DNA of 64,000 nucleotides from Oscillospiraceae bacterium. GTDB lineage: Bacteria; Bacillota; Clostridia; Saccharofermentanales; Saccharofermentanaceae. The translations under genes and the position numbers were made by a program. Of the stretch, positions 27,317 through 35,838 are shown in pieces. Numbering within the stretch: the first letter of the stretch is position 1; each line of letters starts with the position of its first letter. The notes beneath the pieces are model-generated. The model was not told the origin of the DNA. It searched no databases and saw only the letters and a list, made by a program, of their open reading frames with translations. The DNA is taken from positions 29,073 through 93,072 of the forward strand of contig JAZLMM010000046.1 in the NCBI GenBank assembly GCA_045598705.1. Reading direction: 5' to 3'.

Positions 27317-28027
27317 ATGAAGAATAGAAAAGGCTTTACATTAGTTGAGATGGTGTGTGTCGTTGCGATTATTGTTTTCTTATCTGCTGTGGCATTGAAG
27401 AATGTTTCAGAGTATACGAAGCACGCAAGAGACTTGGACGCAAATGTCAAGGCGTTCTCAGCCAAGGCTCAGGAACAACAGGTTGTAGTAGATGGTTATC
27501 TGAATTTCAGTAGAGATTATGCGACTGCTGGAACAAGTAACACGAGCTTACATCCGAATGGCCCGAGTGCAAATCCTCAGCCACCGCCGCCACCAGCTGA
27601 AGTACCGACTTTGCCTTCTGCAACGCCTTCAACAGAACCATCTGCAACACCTTCAACAGAACCGTCGACAACTCCGCCTACAACTCCTTCTGCTCCATCG
27701 GCTGGAGGCCCGAAGGTGAATGCAACGACTACGAAATCGATTGTAAAGCCAGGTAACGGCGTAGGTTCAGGTGTTCAATCCATTACAGATAATGCAGACG
27801 GATCAATTACTGTTACATTGCTTTATAAAGATTGGAATAGTGGTGTTGTAAACATTAGGAAGAATCCAGATGGCAGTTATTATGTACTGCAGTCGAATGA
27901 AACGAATATGTATTTTATCGCAGAAGTTTTCGATAATAACTATGGTTCGGATTATGCAGGCGGCTTCCAGTTGACGACAAGTCAGATCAACAAACTCGAA
28001 TCAGTTTATGGTTTGAAATTGGCCTGA
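27317..28027 (+). CDS. Prepilin-type N-terminal cleavage/methylation domain protein (orphan pseudopilin-like), PT-rich stalk plus C-terminal globular domain
   Basis: MKNRKG|FTLVEMVCVVAIIVFL shows the class III signal (Gly-1, Phe+1, Glu+5). RBS GGAGGG precedes ATG 27317; the track start 27266 is upstream of this. Confidence 0.8.
   Translation: MKNRKGFTLVEMVCVVAIIVFLSAVALKNVSEYTKHARDLDANVKAFSAKAQEQQVVVDGYLNFSRDYATAGTSNTSLHPNGPSANPQPPPPPAEVPTLPSATPSTEPSATPSTEPSTTPPTTPSAPSAGGPKVNATTTKSIVKPGNGVGSGVQSITDNADGSITVTLLYKDWNSGVVNIRKNPDGSYYVLQSNETNMYFIAEVFDNNYGSDYAGGFQLTTSQINKLESVYGLKLA
27614..27685 (+). repeat. In-frame 24-bp tandem repeat (PSATPSTE x2 plus one degenerate copy)
   Basis: ccttctgcaacgccttcaacagaa / ccatctgcaacaccttcaacagaa / ccgtcgacaactccgcctacaact. 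Confidence 0.9.
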
Positions 28028-28141
28028 TATCGTTCACATATCACACAAGCGAAGTGCCAGATGATTCATGAATGGTAACCGTGACAGATTGTTGACAGTT
28101 GAGAATTGACATCTTTGGAAATCATAAGGTCACCTTTGAAG

Positions 28142-28180
28142 AGGACTGCCTCAAAGAAAAATTGAGGCGGTCCTTCCTTT
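28142..28180 (+). terminator. Rho-independent terminator
   Basis: 13-bp stem AGGACTGCCTCAA / TTGAGGCGGTCCT followed by TCCTTTTG. Confidence 0.75.
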
Positions 28181-28304
28181 TGTGTTCATAAATCGGTAAA
28201 AAAACCGTGCGTTTTCATTCATAAGGTACTATTATAATATGTACTAGAGTTTTGGATGATCTTTCGAACGTGTCCATCTTGACTAGTGATTAGGGGGAGA
28301 TTAC

Positions 28305-29396
28305 ATGAAGTTTCAACGTCTTGTTAAAATCATCACGAAGAACATGGCATTATTATCGATTATTCTTGCTTTCGTGTTAGGCGTTGTTGGCATGACCGGA
28401 TTGCGTTCGAAGTTTTTTGACACTTCTAAATGGTTCATGAGTGAAGAAGAAGTACACGAGAAGTTTGGGGATGACGAAGATGAGAATGTTCAGAATGAAC
28501 AGCGCCAGACGGATGAGAATGGAAATTTGATTGCCCCAGAACAAGGTCATTCTGACAACACGAATGGTTCTGATCTTTCAGATGTATCGGGCAAGGCGAG
28601 CACAAGCGCTCCAGACGCTTCTATAGAATCGAAGAATTCGTCTGCATCTGCTTTGTTATCCGAAACAGAGAACACCATTCTATCGGGTACTACACAGACT
28701 TCTCAAGATAGAGAAGCCGAGATTTCTACTGAGTTGACAGAGACGGATATGGAAATGACCAGTTCAACCAAGATTACGTCTGCCACAACGAAGGAACAGA
28801 AAAATACGAAAGCTTCTTCCGCTACGCGTGCGACCGAAACGGAGGCACCAACTGATACAACGACTACGACCGTTGCAACGACGGAGACGACAACGATCAC
28901 TACAGCAGCCCCTGAGACCACCGCCATAACAACCGCAGAGCCTACGACCGCTGCAACGACAGAGGCGACCACAGTTGTTGAGACTACGACGAAAGCAACT
29001 ACAAGCAAGTCTCTTGGCGATACGAGCGGTTCATATGATAATGATATGGCACGGCAAATTCTAGATCTAGTCAATGCGGAACGTGCAGCAAGTGGCCTCT
29101 CACCACTTTCCTGGAGTAATACACTTGCTTCAGACGCATCTATTCGTGCAACCGAACTGCCTATTAGTTGGTCACATACTCGTCCAGATGGATCTGTATG
29201 GTGGAAAGCCGGATCGCAGACGTCTCAGGGTGAGAATCTTGCGATGGGTCAGACCTCTCCAAGTCAGGCAGTCGGTGATTGGATGCAGTCTCAGACACAT
29301 CGAGACAACATACTTGATGCCAATTACACGAGACTCGGCGTGGCTTGCTATTATTGTGGCGGAACCTATTACTGGGTACAGGAGTTTGGTTACTGA
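28305..29396 (+). CDS. Membrane-anchored CAP/SCP (YkwD-like) domain protein with Thr-rich linker
   Basis: N-terminal TM segment, a T/E/A-rich low-complexity region, and a C-terminal CAP domain (ILDLVNAERAASGLSPLSW...GENLAMG...WMQSQTHRDNILDANYTRLGVA). Confidence 0.8.
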   Translation: MKFQRLVKIITKNMALLSIILAFVLGVVGMTGLRSKFFDTSKWFMSEEEVHEKFGDDEDENVQNEQRQTDENGNLIAPEQGHSDNTNGSDLSDVSGKASTSAPDASIESKNSSASALLSETENTILSGTTQTSQDREAEISTELTETDMEMTSSTKITSATTKEQKNTKASSATRATETEAPTDTTTTTVATTETTTITTAAPETTAITTAEPTTAATTEATTVVETTTKATTSKSLGDTSGSYDNDMARQILDLVNAERAASGLSPLSWSNTLASDASIRATELPISWSHTRPDGSVWWKAGSQTSQGENLAMGQTSPSQAVGDWMQSQTHRDNILDANYTRLGVACYYCGGTYYWVQEFGY

Positions 29397-29849
29397 TTGA
29401 ACGAGCAGAAGCAAAAGAGAGATTCATTTGTTTTCCGTAATTGTGTGCGATGGCCGATTATCATTGCCATGATACTTGTTGTGGCATTGGGGATAGCTTA
29501 TATTTTCATTATTGATCCTAGTAAACCGAAATCACCAACGTTTCCCTGTGTTTTTCACATGTTGACTGGACTATATTGCCCTGGATGTGGCAATACCCGC
29601 GCACTTCATGCCTTGGTACATGGGGAGATTAGCGAAGTATTTGGATATAATTTTCTTTTCCCTTTCTTAGTTATCATCCTCGCCTGGGGCTATCTTGTTG
29701 GTCTTACAACTTTAATTTGGAAAAGACGTGTGATGTGGATGCCGAAACGGATACCGACATGGTGCCTGGTCCTATTCCTTATATTAGTTATTTTGTTTAC
29801 TGTGCTTCGGAATAACCCGGCCTGGCCATTCTGTCTACTGGCACCCTAA
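29397..29849 (+). CDS. DUF2752-family membrane protein
   Basis: CVFHMLTGLYCPGCGNTRALHALVHGE is the DUF2752 signature. The only in-frame start before TM1 is TTG 29397, with AGGAG 12 nt upstream. Confidence 0.7.
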   Translation: MNEQKQKRDSFVFRNCVRWPIIIAMILVVALGIAYIFIIDPSKPKSPTFPCVFHMLTGLYCPGCGNTRALHALVHGEISEVFGYNFLFPFLVIILAWGYLVGLTTLIWKRRVMWMPKRIPTWCLVLFLILVILFTVLRNNPAWPFCLLAP

Positions 29850-29934
29850 CGTGAAAAATTCTTGCGTTCCCCCATACATCGCATTATGATGAAATAGATT
29901 GAATATTACGAATGGTATTGAGAAGGAGAAAGAA

Positions 29935-30483
29935 ATGGCAATTTGTAAGTTCTGTGGCGCAGAGTCCGGAGATACCAAGTTCTGTCAGAATTGTGGAGCG
30001 AAATTAGAAGTTGAACCCCAGTCGATTCAACCACAGGTTCAGCAACCTATCATTGAACAACCGATGCTACAACAGCAGCCGGATAATTCCTTTCATCCAT
30101 ACCAACCTAACCATTACGCAGCGGGTTCGGCAACCGGACTTCTTACTGGCAATATCATTCTTGTCGTGTTTAGTTGCCTATTCTGCTGTTGCGTACTGGG
30201 CATTTCCGTTATCAGTTTGATTCTGGGTATCGTGGGGATTGTCTTCGCTTCGAAAGTGAAAATGAGTCAAAACGCCGAGGAAGAGGCACACAACCGTAGA
30301 GTCTCGCGAATTTGTATGATTGTCGGTTATGCCTTATATGTTGTAATTATACTGTTCATCATTGTAGGAACAACGATTGTATATGGTAGTCTCGATGCGG
30401 CATTTGAAGCATTCCAATCTGCGTATGAATCGGTTTCTGAAGAACTTGAAGAATCTATCTTAATGATTTCGAGACTGTTGTAA
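29935..30483 (+). CDS. Zinc-ribbon plus CD225/dispanin-like membrane protein
   Basis: N-terminus CKFCGAESGDTKFCQNCG, then a Q/P-rich linker, then FSCLFCCCVLG...GIVGIVFASKV...A...S, which resembles the CD225 core. RBS GAAGGAG. Confidence 0.65.
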   Translation: MAICKFCGAESGDTKFCQNCGAKLEVEPQSIQPQVQQPIIEQPMLQQQPDNSFHPYQPNHYAAGSATGLLTGNIILVVFSCLFCCCVLGISVISLILGIVGIVFASKVKMSQNAEEEAHNRRVSRICMIVGYALYVVIILFIIVGTTIVYGSLDAAFEAFQSAYESVSEELEESILMISRLL

Positions 30484-30498
30484 GGAGAACGGTTTGGC

Positions 30499-30960
30499 AT
30501 GAAGTGTGTGAAATGTAATACGGAGTTGCCAGAAGACGCAAGGTTCTGCACGGTGTGTGGTCAACCTATTGCGATGTATCCGCTTTACGTGCCAGCGCCG
30601 AATGCGCCATGCCTGCCTGCCCAACCAGTGGAAGAGAGCGACTATTACCATTTTGATGCGATGGAGAAACCGGATTTCGAAGCGATACGCGGGATTTCTA
30701 TCGTGCTGATTGTTCTGTCCGTTCTGCTCATCTTTCCGATGCTTTTTCCGATGCCTCTAGCCATTGTTGCACTTGTAAAGGCTTGCGCAGGAATGGGGGA
30801 GAGCAATCCTTCTCGGGCGAAGGAAGACTTCAACACTTGTCGTGTGATGATCATTATTTCTGTGATTGCGTTCATCATCTTATTTGCCGGTCTATATGGA
30901 TATGAGCTTTATTTAGAAATGAATACTGTTACGCGAGGTATTGGCTCGATCCTGAAGTGA
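30499..30960 (+). CDS. Zinc-ribbon membrane protein (weakly CD225-like paralogue)
   Basis: N-terminus CVKCNTELPEDARFCTVCG and two TM helices flanking LAIVALVKACAGMGESNPSRAKEDF. Confidence 0.6.
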   Translation: MKCVKCNTELPEDARFCTVCGQPIAMYPLYVPAPNAPCLPAQPVEESDYYHFDAMEKPDFEAIRGISIVLIVLSVLLIFPMLFPMPLAIVALVKACAGMGESNPSRAKEDFNTCRVMIIISVIAFIILFAGLYGYELYLEMNTVTRGIGSILK

Positions 30961-31133
30961 TGATGGGGACAATTCTCGGAACGATTTGCGTAAATCATAG
31001 AAATCAGTTCGAATACGCAAAAGAATTTGAAAATTCCTTGTCAATTTATTGTGAAAATATACAGGAAAGAATGAAAAAAGACAAAAAACGTTGTATAATT
31101 GTCTTACAATTCGAGTTGTGAGGAGAGTTTGAG

Positions 31134-33293
31134 ATGAAGAAGTGTCCTGTATGTGGCGTAATGATGGGCGATAACGTGGCACGTTGCTTCATGTGTAAGT
31201 ACGATTTTCAGAAGGCTGCACGTGAGGGTGAAGAAGTTGCACGTAAGGAAGCAAACGCAAACATTAAGAAAAATGAACAGGAAACAAGTGCACGCGTAGA
31301 ACAGAAGCGTTCCGAAGAAGAGAAGATCATCGCGGAGATGAAGCAGAGAAACGCTCGGGAGATCGAGACGCTGAATTCTCAGTTGGAATCCGAGAAACTT
31401 CGTATTGAGACGGAATACGTTGAGATTCGTAAGCGTGCTTTGGACGAGCGAAAGAGCTTGGAGAAAGAACTTGACGAGTTAAGAGAACAGGTCGAAATCG
31501 AGAAGAAACGTTCGGCAGATGCCGGGGCAGAAGCGGAGAAGGTACGTGAACAGGCACGTAAAGAGATGGAAACTGAACGTAACCAGATGATTGCTGATGC
31601 CAAGAAGGAGCAGGAGAATATTCTTCTTGAGGCACATAAAGAGACCGAGAAACTCGCAGTACAGGTTCAGAAAGAATATAAAGACGCTATGGCTAGACGT
31701 CAGCAACTGCTGGATGAGGCACAGGCGGCTGAAGCAGCGACAAAGGAAGCTTTTGCCGCGCGTGACGAGGCAATTAAGAAGAAGGAAGAGATTGAGAAAT
31801 CTTTGTCCGATCTTCAGAATGACTATGAAGCTGCACGTAAGAAGTTAGAAGCAGAAGCTGACGAGACTTCTCGAGCCAAGATTAAGGAAGGCGAGGATGC
31901 CAAGGCTGCTGCCCTTGCAGAAGCACAACAGATTCTTGCTGAGATTGAACAGACCAAGAAACAAGCGAATACAGAGTTTGAAAGTTATGTTGCAGAAGCT
32001 AAGCGTGCAATTGAAGAAGCCAATAAAGCACAAGAGATGAATCAGAAGATTACGGAGGAGAATGCCCGTATTCAGAAAGAATTGGATGAGACGACGAAGT
32101 CCTATGAGTCTATTGTGCAAGCGAAAGATAGCCTAGAGGCAGAAGTTGCCAAACTGAAGGAAGAGGCAGAGACCGAAAAGGCTCGAATCTTGAAAGAGGC
32201 TGAAGATGAGCGTGCACGTATTACATCGGAGACACAGGCTGAGTATGAGCGTGTGACGAAAGAGACCGAAGCAAAGCGTGAGCGTATTACAAAAGAGACT
32301 GAAGCAGAACGTGATCGAATCACGAAAGAAGCGGAAGAGACTCGTGCCCGTATTGCCAAAGAGACCGAAGACGCACGTGCAAAGACCTTGAAAGAGACGG
32401 AAGATGAGCGTATTCGTGTAACTACTGAAGCGAAACAGGAACTTGAGCGTTCTCAACAGGAGAAGGCTCGCTTGGACGCAGAAGCAGCCCAGGTGTTGCA
32501 ATTGGCCCAACAGCAGAAGCAACAAATGGAAGCCGAAGCCAAGCAGAAGATCGATGCGGCCAACAAGGCGATTTCTGATGCACAGCATGAGAAAGATCGC
32601 TTACAGGCAGAGGCGAAGGCCGGTTGTGAAGTAATTGCTAATCAGAAGAGTGCGCTTGAAGCGGATATTGCTCGCATGACCAAGGAGCAGAATGAGGCCA
32701 AGAATGGTTTCACATCACAAATTGCAGCTTTGCAGAATGAGCTGGCTACAGCGAAGACCATTATCGCGGATTCGAAGAATGCGAAGAAATTGGCCGAAAT
32801 TGAAGCACAGGAACTTCTGCTGAAAGCAGAGAAGCGTGCGATTTCACTCAAAGAAGCTGCGCTTTCCGTGAGCGAGAAAGGTAAGCTGCAAGATGAACTG
32901 AAGAAGAAGGAGAGTGAGCTGGCAGAAATGGCGAAGTCGAAAGAAGAATTAGAGAAGCAGTTGGATGAGACACAGAAGGCCATCAAGAAACTGCAGGATC
33001 AGGTCAATAACATGCCGGCTGGCGGTGGTGTGATGGCAATCGCAGATGGTAAGAAAGAGTATTCTGTCATTCTGATTCCACATCGTTCCAATGGTGAAGT
33101 GAATTCGGAGCGAATGGCTGAAGTACTTGCCAAGAAGGCAGCAGATGGCTGGAGACTCCATAGCATCATCAACGATGAGGGTGGCAAATTGCAGGCTTCC
33201 TTGGGCGGTAATGATGGTATTTCTCTGAATGCGGGTTCTTCAACGACTAAAGAAGATCGCGTGCTCATGATTTTCGAAAGAAGTATCGAGTGA
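31134..33293 (+). CDS. Zinc-ribbon / ~600-aa charged coiled-coil / DUF4177-like C-terminal domain protein
   Basis: N-terminus CPVCGVMMGDNVARCFMCKYDF, an E/K/A/R-rich helical body, and a C-terminus KEYSVILIP...AADGWRLHSII...RVLMIFERS. RBS GAGGAGAG. Confidence 0.8.
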   Translation: MKKCPVCGVMMGDNVARCFMCKYDFQKAAREGEEVARKEANANIKKNEQETSARVEQKRSEEEKIIAEMKQRNAREIETLNSQLESEKLRIETEYVEIRKRALDERKSLEKELDELREQVEIEKKRSADAGAEAEKVREQARKEMETERNQMIADAKKEQENILLEAHKETEKLAVQVQKEYKDAMARRQQLLDEAQAAEAATKEAFAARDEAIKKKEEIEKSLSDLQNDYEAARKKLEAEADETSRAKIKEGEDAKAAALAEAQQILAEIEQTKKQANTEFESYVAEAKRAIEEANKAQEMNQKITEENARIQKELDETTKSYESIVQAKDSLEAEVAKLKEEAETEKARILKEAEDERARITSETQAEYERVTKETEAKRERITKETEAERDRITKEAEETRARIAKETEDARAKTLKETEDERIRVTTEAKQELERSQQEKARLDAEAAQVLQLAQQQKQQMEAEAKQKIDAANKAISDAQHEKDRLQAEAKAGCEVIANQKSALEADIARMTKEQNEAKNGFTSQIAALQNELATAKTIIADSKNAKKLAEIEAQELLLKAEKRAISLKEAALSVSEKGKLQDELKKKESELAEMAKSKEELEKQLDETQKAIKKLQDQVNNMPAGGGVMAIADGKKEYSVILIPHRSNGEVNSERMAEVLAKKAADGWRLHSIINDEGGKLQASLGGNDGISLNAGSSTTKEDRVLMIFERSIE
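32181..32447 (+). repeat. Eight in-frame 33-bp (11-residue) tandem repeats, one of them 36 bp
   Basis: ARILKEAEDER / ARITSETQAEYE / RVTKETEAKRE / RITKETEAERD / RITKEAEETRA / RIAKETEDARA / KTLKETEDERI / RVTTEAKQELE, codon-phased from 32181. Confidence 0.85.
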
Positions 33294-33362
33294 TTGAGTA
33301 GCTGCGAAATCGCATGTGCGTATCAAGCTGATACACGTGTGAAGTGACAAACTAGACAAGAT

Positions 33363-33403
33363 TCACCCCTTGTGTGACAAAGGTCACCAAGGGGTGATTT
33401 TTT
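33363..33403 (+). terminator. Rho-independent terminator
   Basis: TCACCCCTTG (33363-33372) pairs with CAAGGGGTGA (33388-33397), followed by a T6 run. Confidence 0.85.
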
Positions 33404-33562
33404 GCAAGATTATTTGATTTACGGATGTTTTTGCCTTTTTGTGTGTTGAAATGCCGTTAAACGTCACAAAAATAATTTGACGATGTACAAAGTTTTTGTA
33501 GAAAATGATTATATTATCGGTTATAATATTCACATTGAAGTTTGAATTAGGAGGACGAATAC

Positions 33563-35647
33563 ATGACCAATTATTCGGCAGACAAGATCCGTAATATCGC
33601 GTTATTGGGACACGGCGGATCTGGCAAAACAGCACTGGCAGAAGCAATGCTCTTCTGCTCTAAAGCAATCGATCGTCTGGGTCGTGGGGTAGATGGTAAC
33701 ACTACGCTGGATTTTGACCCAGAAGAAGTGAAACGCCAGATTTCTATCAACACATCCGTAGCGGCATGTGAATGGAAGAACACGAAGATGAACATCATCG
33801 ACACACCTGGTGATTTCGATTTTCTCGGCGAGACCATGGCAGGTATTCGTGTAGCAGGTAGTGCAATCGTAGTGATCAGTGCCAAGGGCGGTACGTCCGT
33901 TGGATCTGAGAAGGCCATCCGCCTTCTGAATAAGAGAAAAGTTCCGTTCATGTTCTTCTTGAACCGCATGGACGAACCGAATGCTGACTTCGAGGGCGTT
34001 ATCTCTCGTATGATGGCTCGTTATGGACGTGGCGTGATTCCGCTTTCTTTCCCGATTATGACCGGCGATAAGATGACAGGTATCGTTGACGTCATGAATA
34101 AACGTGCATTTACACTCGATGAGAAGACTGGTGCCCAGACAGAGATCCCGCTTCCAGCGGAATTTGAAGATCGTGTCAATGAACTTCAGGACAAGGTAAA
34201 TGAAGTCGTTGCAGAGAGCGACGAAGAACTGATGGAGAAGTATTTCGCAGGTGAGCCTTTCACCGAAGACGAATTCCGTCGAGGCGTTCATGCTGGATTT
34301 GCAGATGGCGTGCTACACCCAATCTATTGTGGCTCGGCTTTCAAGAATTGGGGCGTAGAGTTCCTGATGAACTGTATCTCTAAGGATACACCGCCGGCCT
34401 CTACGAAGCCGCCGCAAGAAGGTGTAACACCGGATGGTGAGAAGTTGACTATCGTCTGTAAGGAAGAAGACCCGCTCGCAGCATTTATCTTCAAGACCAT
34501 TGCTGACCCGTTTGTAGGTCGTATCTCCCTGTTCCGTGTATATGCGGGTGTAATGAAGAGTAATGCAACGGTTTACAACGCAGTCAAAGAGAAGGACGAG
34601 CGCTTGGGCGGTCTGTTCTACATGGTAGGTAAGAAGCAGATTCCGACCGATCAGGTTGTAGCCGGTGATATCGGTGCGGTTGCAAAACTCGTAATCTCCC
34701 AGACCAACGATACACTTTGCGATAAGTCTCGTATCGTGACATTGACCAAGATTAACTTCCCGACACCATGCTTGTCGATGGGTATCGTTCCGAAGGCACG
34801 TGGTGAAGAAGATAAGATCATGGCTGGTCTGAATAAACTGAAGGATGAGGACCCGGTATTTACGGTCACCAATAATGCAGAGACCAAGCAGATGGTCATC
34901 TCCGGACTTGGTGAACAGGAGATTTCTGTACTGAAGAGTAAGCTGAAGACCAAGTTCAATGTAGATGCAGATCTCGAAGAACCCCGTGTTCCATATCGTG
35001 AAGCCATCCGTAAGAAGGTTAAGGTACAGGGTAAGCATAAGAAGCAATCCGGCGGTCACGGTCAGTATGGTGATGTATGGATCGAGTTCGAGCCGAATCC
35101 GGAATCAGAAGAACTGGTATTTGCCGAGAATGTATTCGGTGGTGCAGTGCCGAGAAACTTCTTCCCGGCAGTTGAGAAGGGACTTCAGGATGCAGTCAAG
35201 AAGGGTACATTGGGCGGCTATCCGGTTGTAAACCTCAAGGCTACATTGGTCGACGGTTCTTACCACGACGTAGACTCTTCAGAAATGGCATTTAAGATTG
35301 CTGCGAACTTGGCTTTCAAGGCTGGTATGGCAGCAGGTAACCCAGTTCTTCTCGAACCAATTAGTGCAGTATCTGTTCACGTTCCGGAAGACAAGCAGGG
35401 TGATATCATGGGCGACATGAATAAGCGTCGTGGCCGTATCATGGGTATTGACAGCGATGAGACAGGTTCTGTCATCAACTGCGAGGTGCCGACTTCTGAG
35501 ATGGCTACTTATGCAACTGATCTCAAGTCCATGACACAGGGCCGTGGGTGGTACACCATTGAGCACGCTCGTTACGAACAGGCTCCTGGCGATGTACAGG
35601 CGAAGGTGATCGAAGCGAGAAAGGCTTTCCTAGAGGAAGAAGAGTAA
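33563..35647 (+). CDS. Elongation factor G paralogue (EF-G2-like translational GTPase)
   Basis: 694 aa with full EF-G domain order. The G1 motif is GHGGSGKTA rather than the canonical AHIDAGKTT. DTPGDFDF is present. It stands alone, not in an rpsL-rpsG-fusA-tuf context. Confidence 0.8.
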   Translation: MTNYSADKIRNIALLGHGGSGKTALAEAMLFCSKAIDRLGRGVDGNTTLDFDPEEVKRQISINTSVAACEWKNTKMNIIDTPGDFDFLGETMAGIRVAGSAIVVISAKGGTSVGSEKAIRLLNKRKVPFMFFLNRMDEPNADFEGVISRMMARYGRGVIPLSFPIMTGDKMTGIVDVMNKRAFTLDEKTGAQTEIPLPAEFEDRVNELQDKVNEVVAESDEELMEKYFAGEPFTEDEFRRGVHAGFADGVLHPIYCGSAFKNWGVEFLMNCISKDTPPASTKPPQEGVTPDGEKLTIVCKEEDPLAAFIFKTIADPFVGRISLFRVYAGVMKSNATVYNAVKEKDERLGGLFYMVGKKQIPTDQVVAGDIGAVAKLVISQTNDTLCDKSRIVTLTKINFPTPCLSMGIVPKARGEEDKIMAGLNKLKDEDPVFTVTNNAETKQMVISGLGEQEISVLKSKLKTKFNVDADLEEPRVPYREAIRKKVKVQGKHKKQSGGHGQYGDVWIEFEPNPESEELVFAENVFGGAVPRNFFPAVEKGLQDAVKKGTLGGYPVVNLKATLVDGSYHDVDSSEMAFKIAANLAFKAGMAAGNPVLLEPISAVSVHVPEDKQGDIMGDMNKRRGRIMGIDSDETGSVINCEVPTSEMATYATDLKSMTQGRGWYTIEHARYEQAPGDVQAKVIEARKAFLEEEE

Positions 35648-35685
35648 TCGCTTATCACATCAAACAAGTGAAGGTAGTGATATGG

Positions 35686-35730
35686 AAGACTGGCTTGAAA
35701 GATTGTTCAAGCCAGTCTTTCCCTCTTTCT
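35686..35730 (+). terminator. Rho-independent terminator
   Basis: 14-bp stem AAGACTGGCTTGAA / TTCAAGCCAGTCTT followed by TCCCTCTTTCTT. Confidence 0.75.
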
Positions 35731-35838
35731 TCTCAAAAAGAATTCTGAAAATACTGATTTTGAACGACATGCGCGGTGTGCAAAGCAAGAGTTTTGGTAT
35801 AAAATAGGGAGTAGATTTATTTAGATGGAGGAGCGCCC

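Noticed and set aside
27540-29000. Short tandem DNA repeats that could be mistaken for a CRISPR or VNTR locus. They are the PSATPSTE repeats, the Thr-rich tract at 28850-29000, and also the PT tract at 21620-21680.
   Set aside because: All are in-frame low-complexity linkers inside secreted proteins. There is no repeat-spacer architecture and no cas genes.
33563-35647. Tet(M)/Tet(O)-type ribosomal protection protein.
   Set aside because: The length and the divergent G1 motif (GHGGSGKTA) fit EF-G2-type paralogues better than the Tet(M) family as I remember it. A phylogeny is needed before any resistance call.
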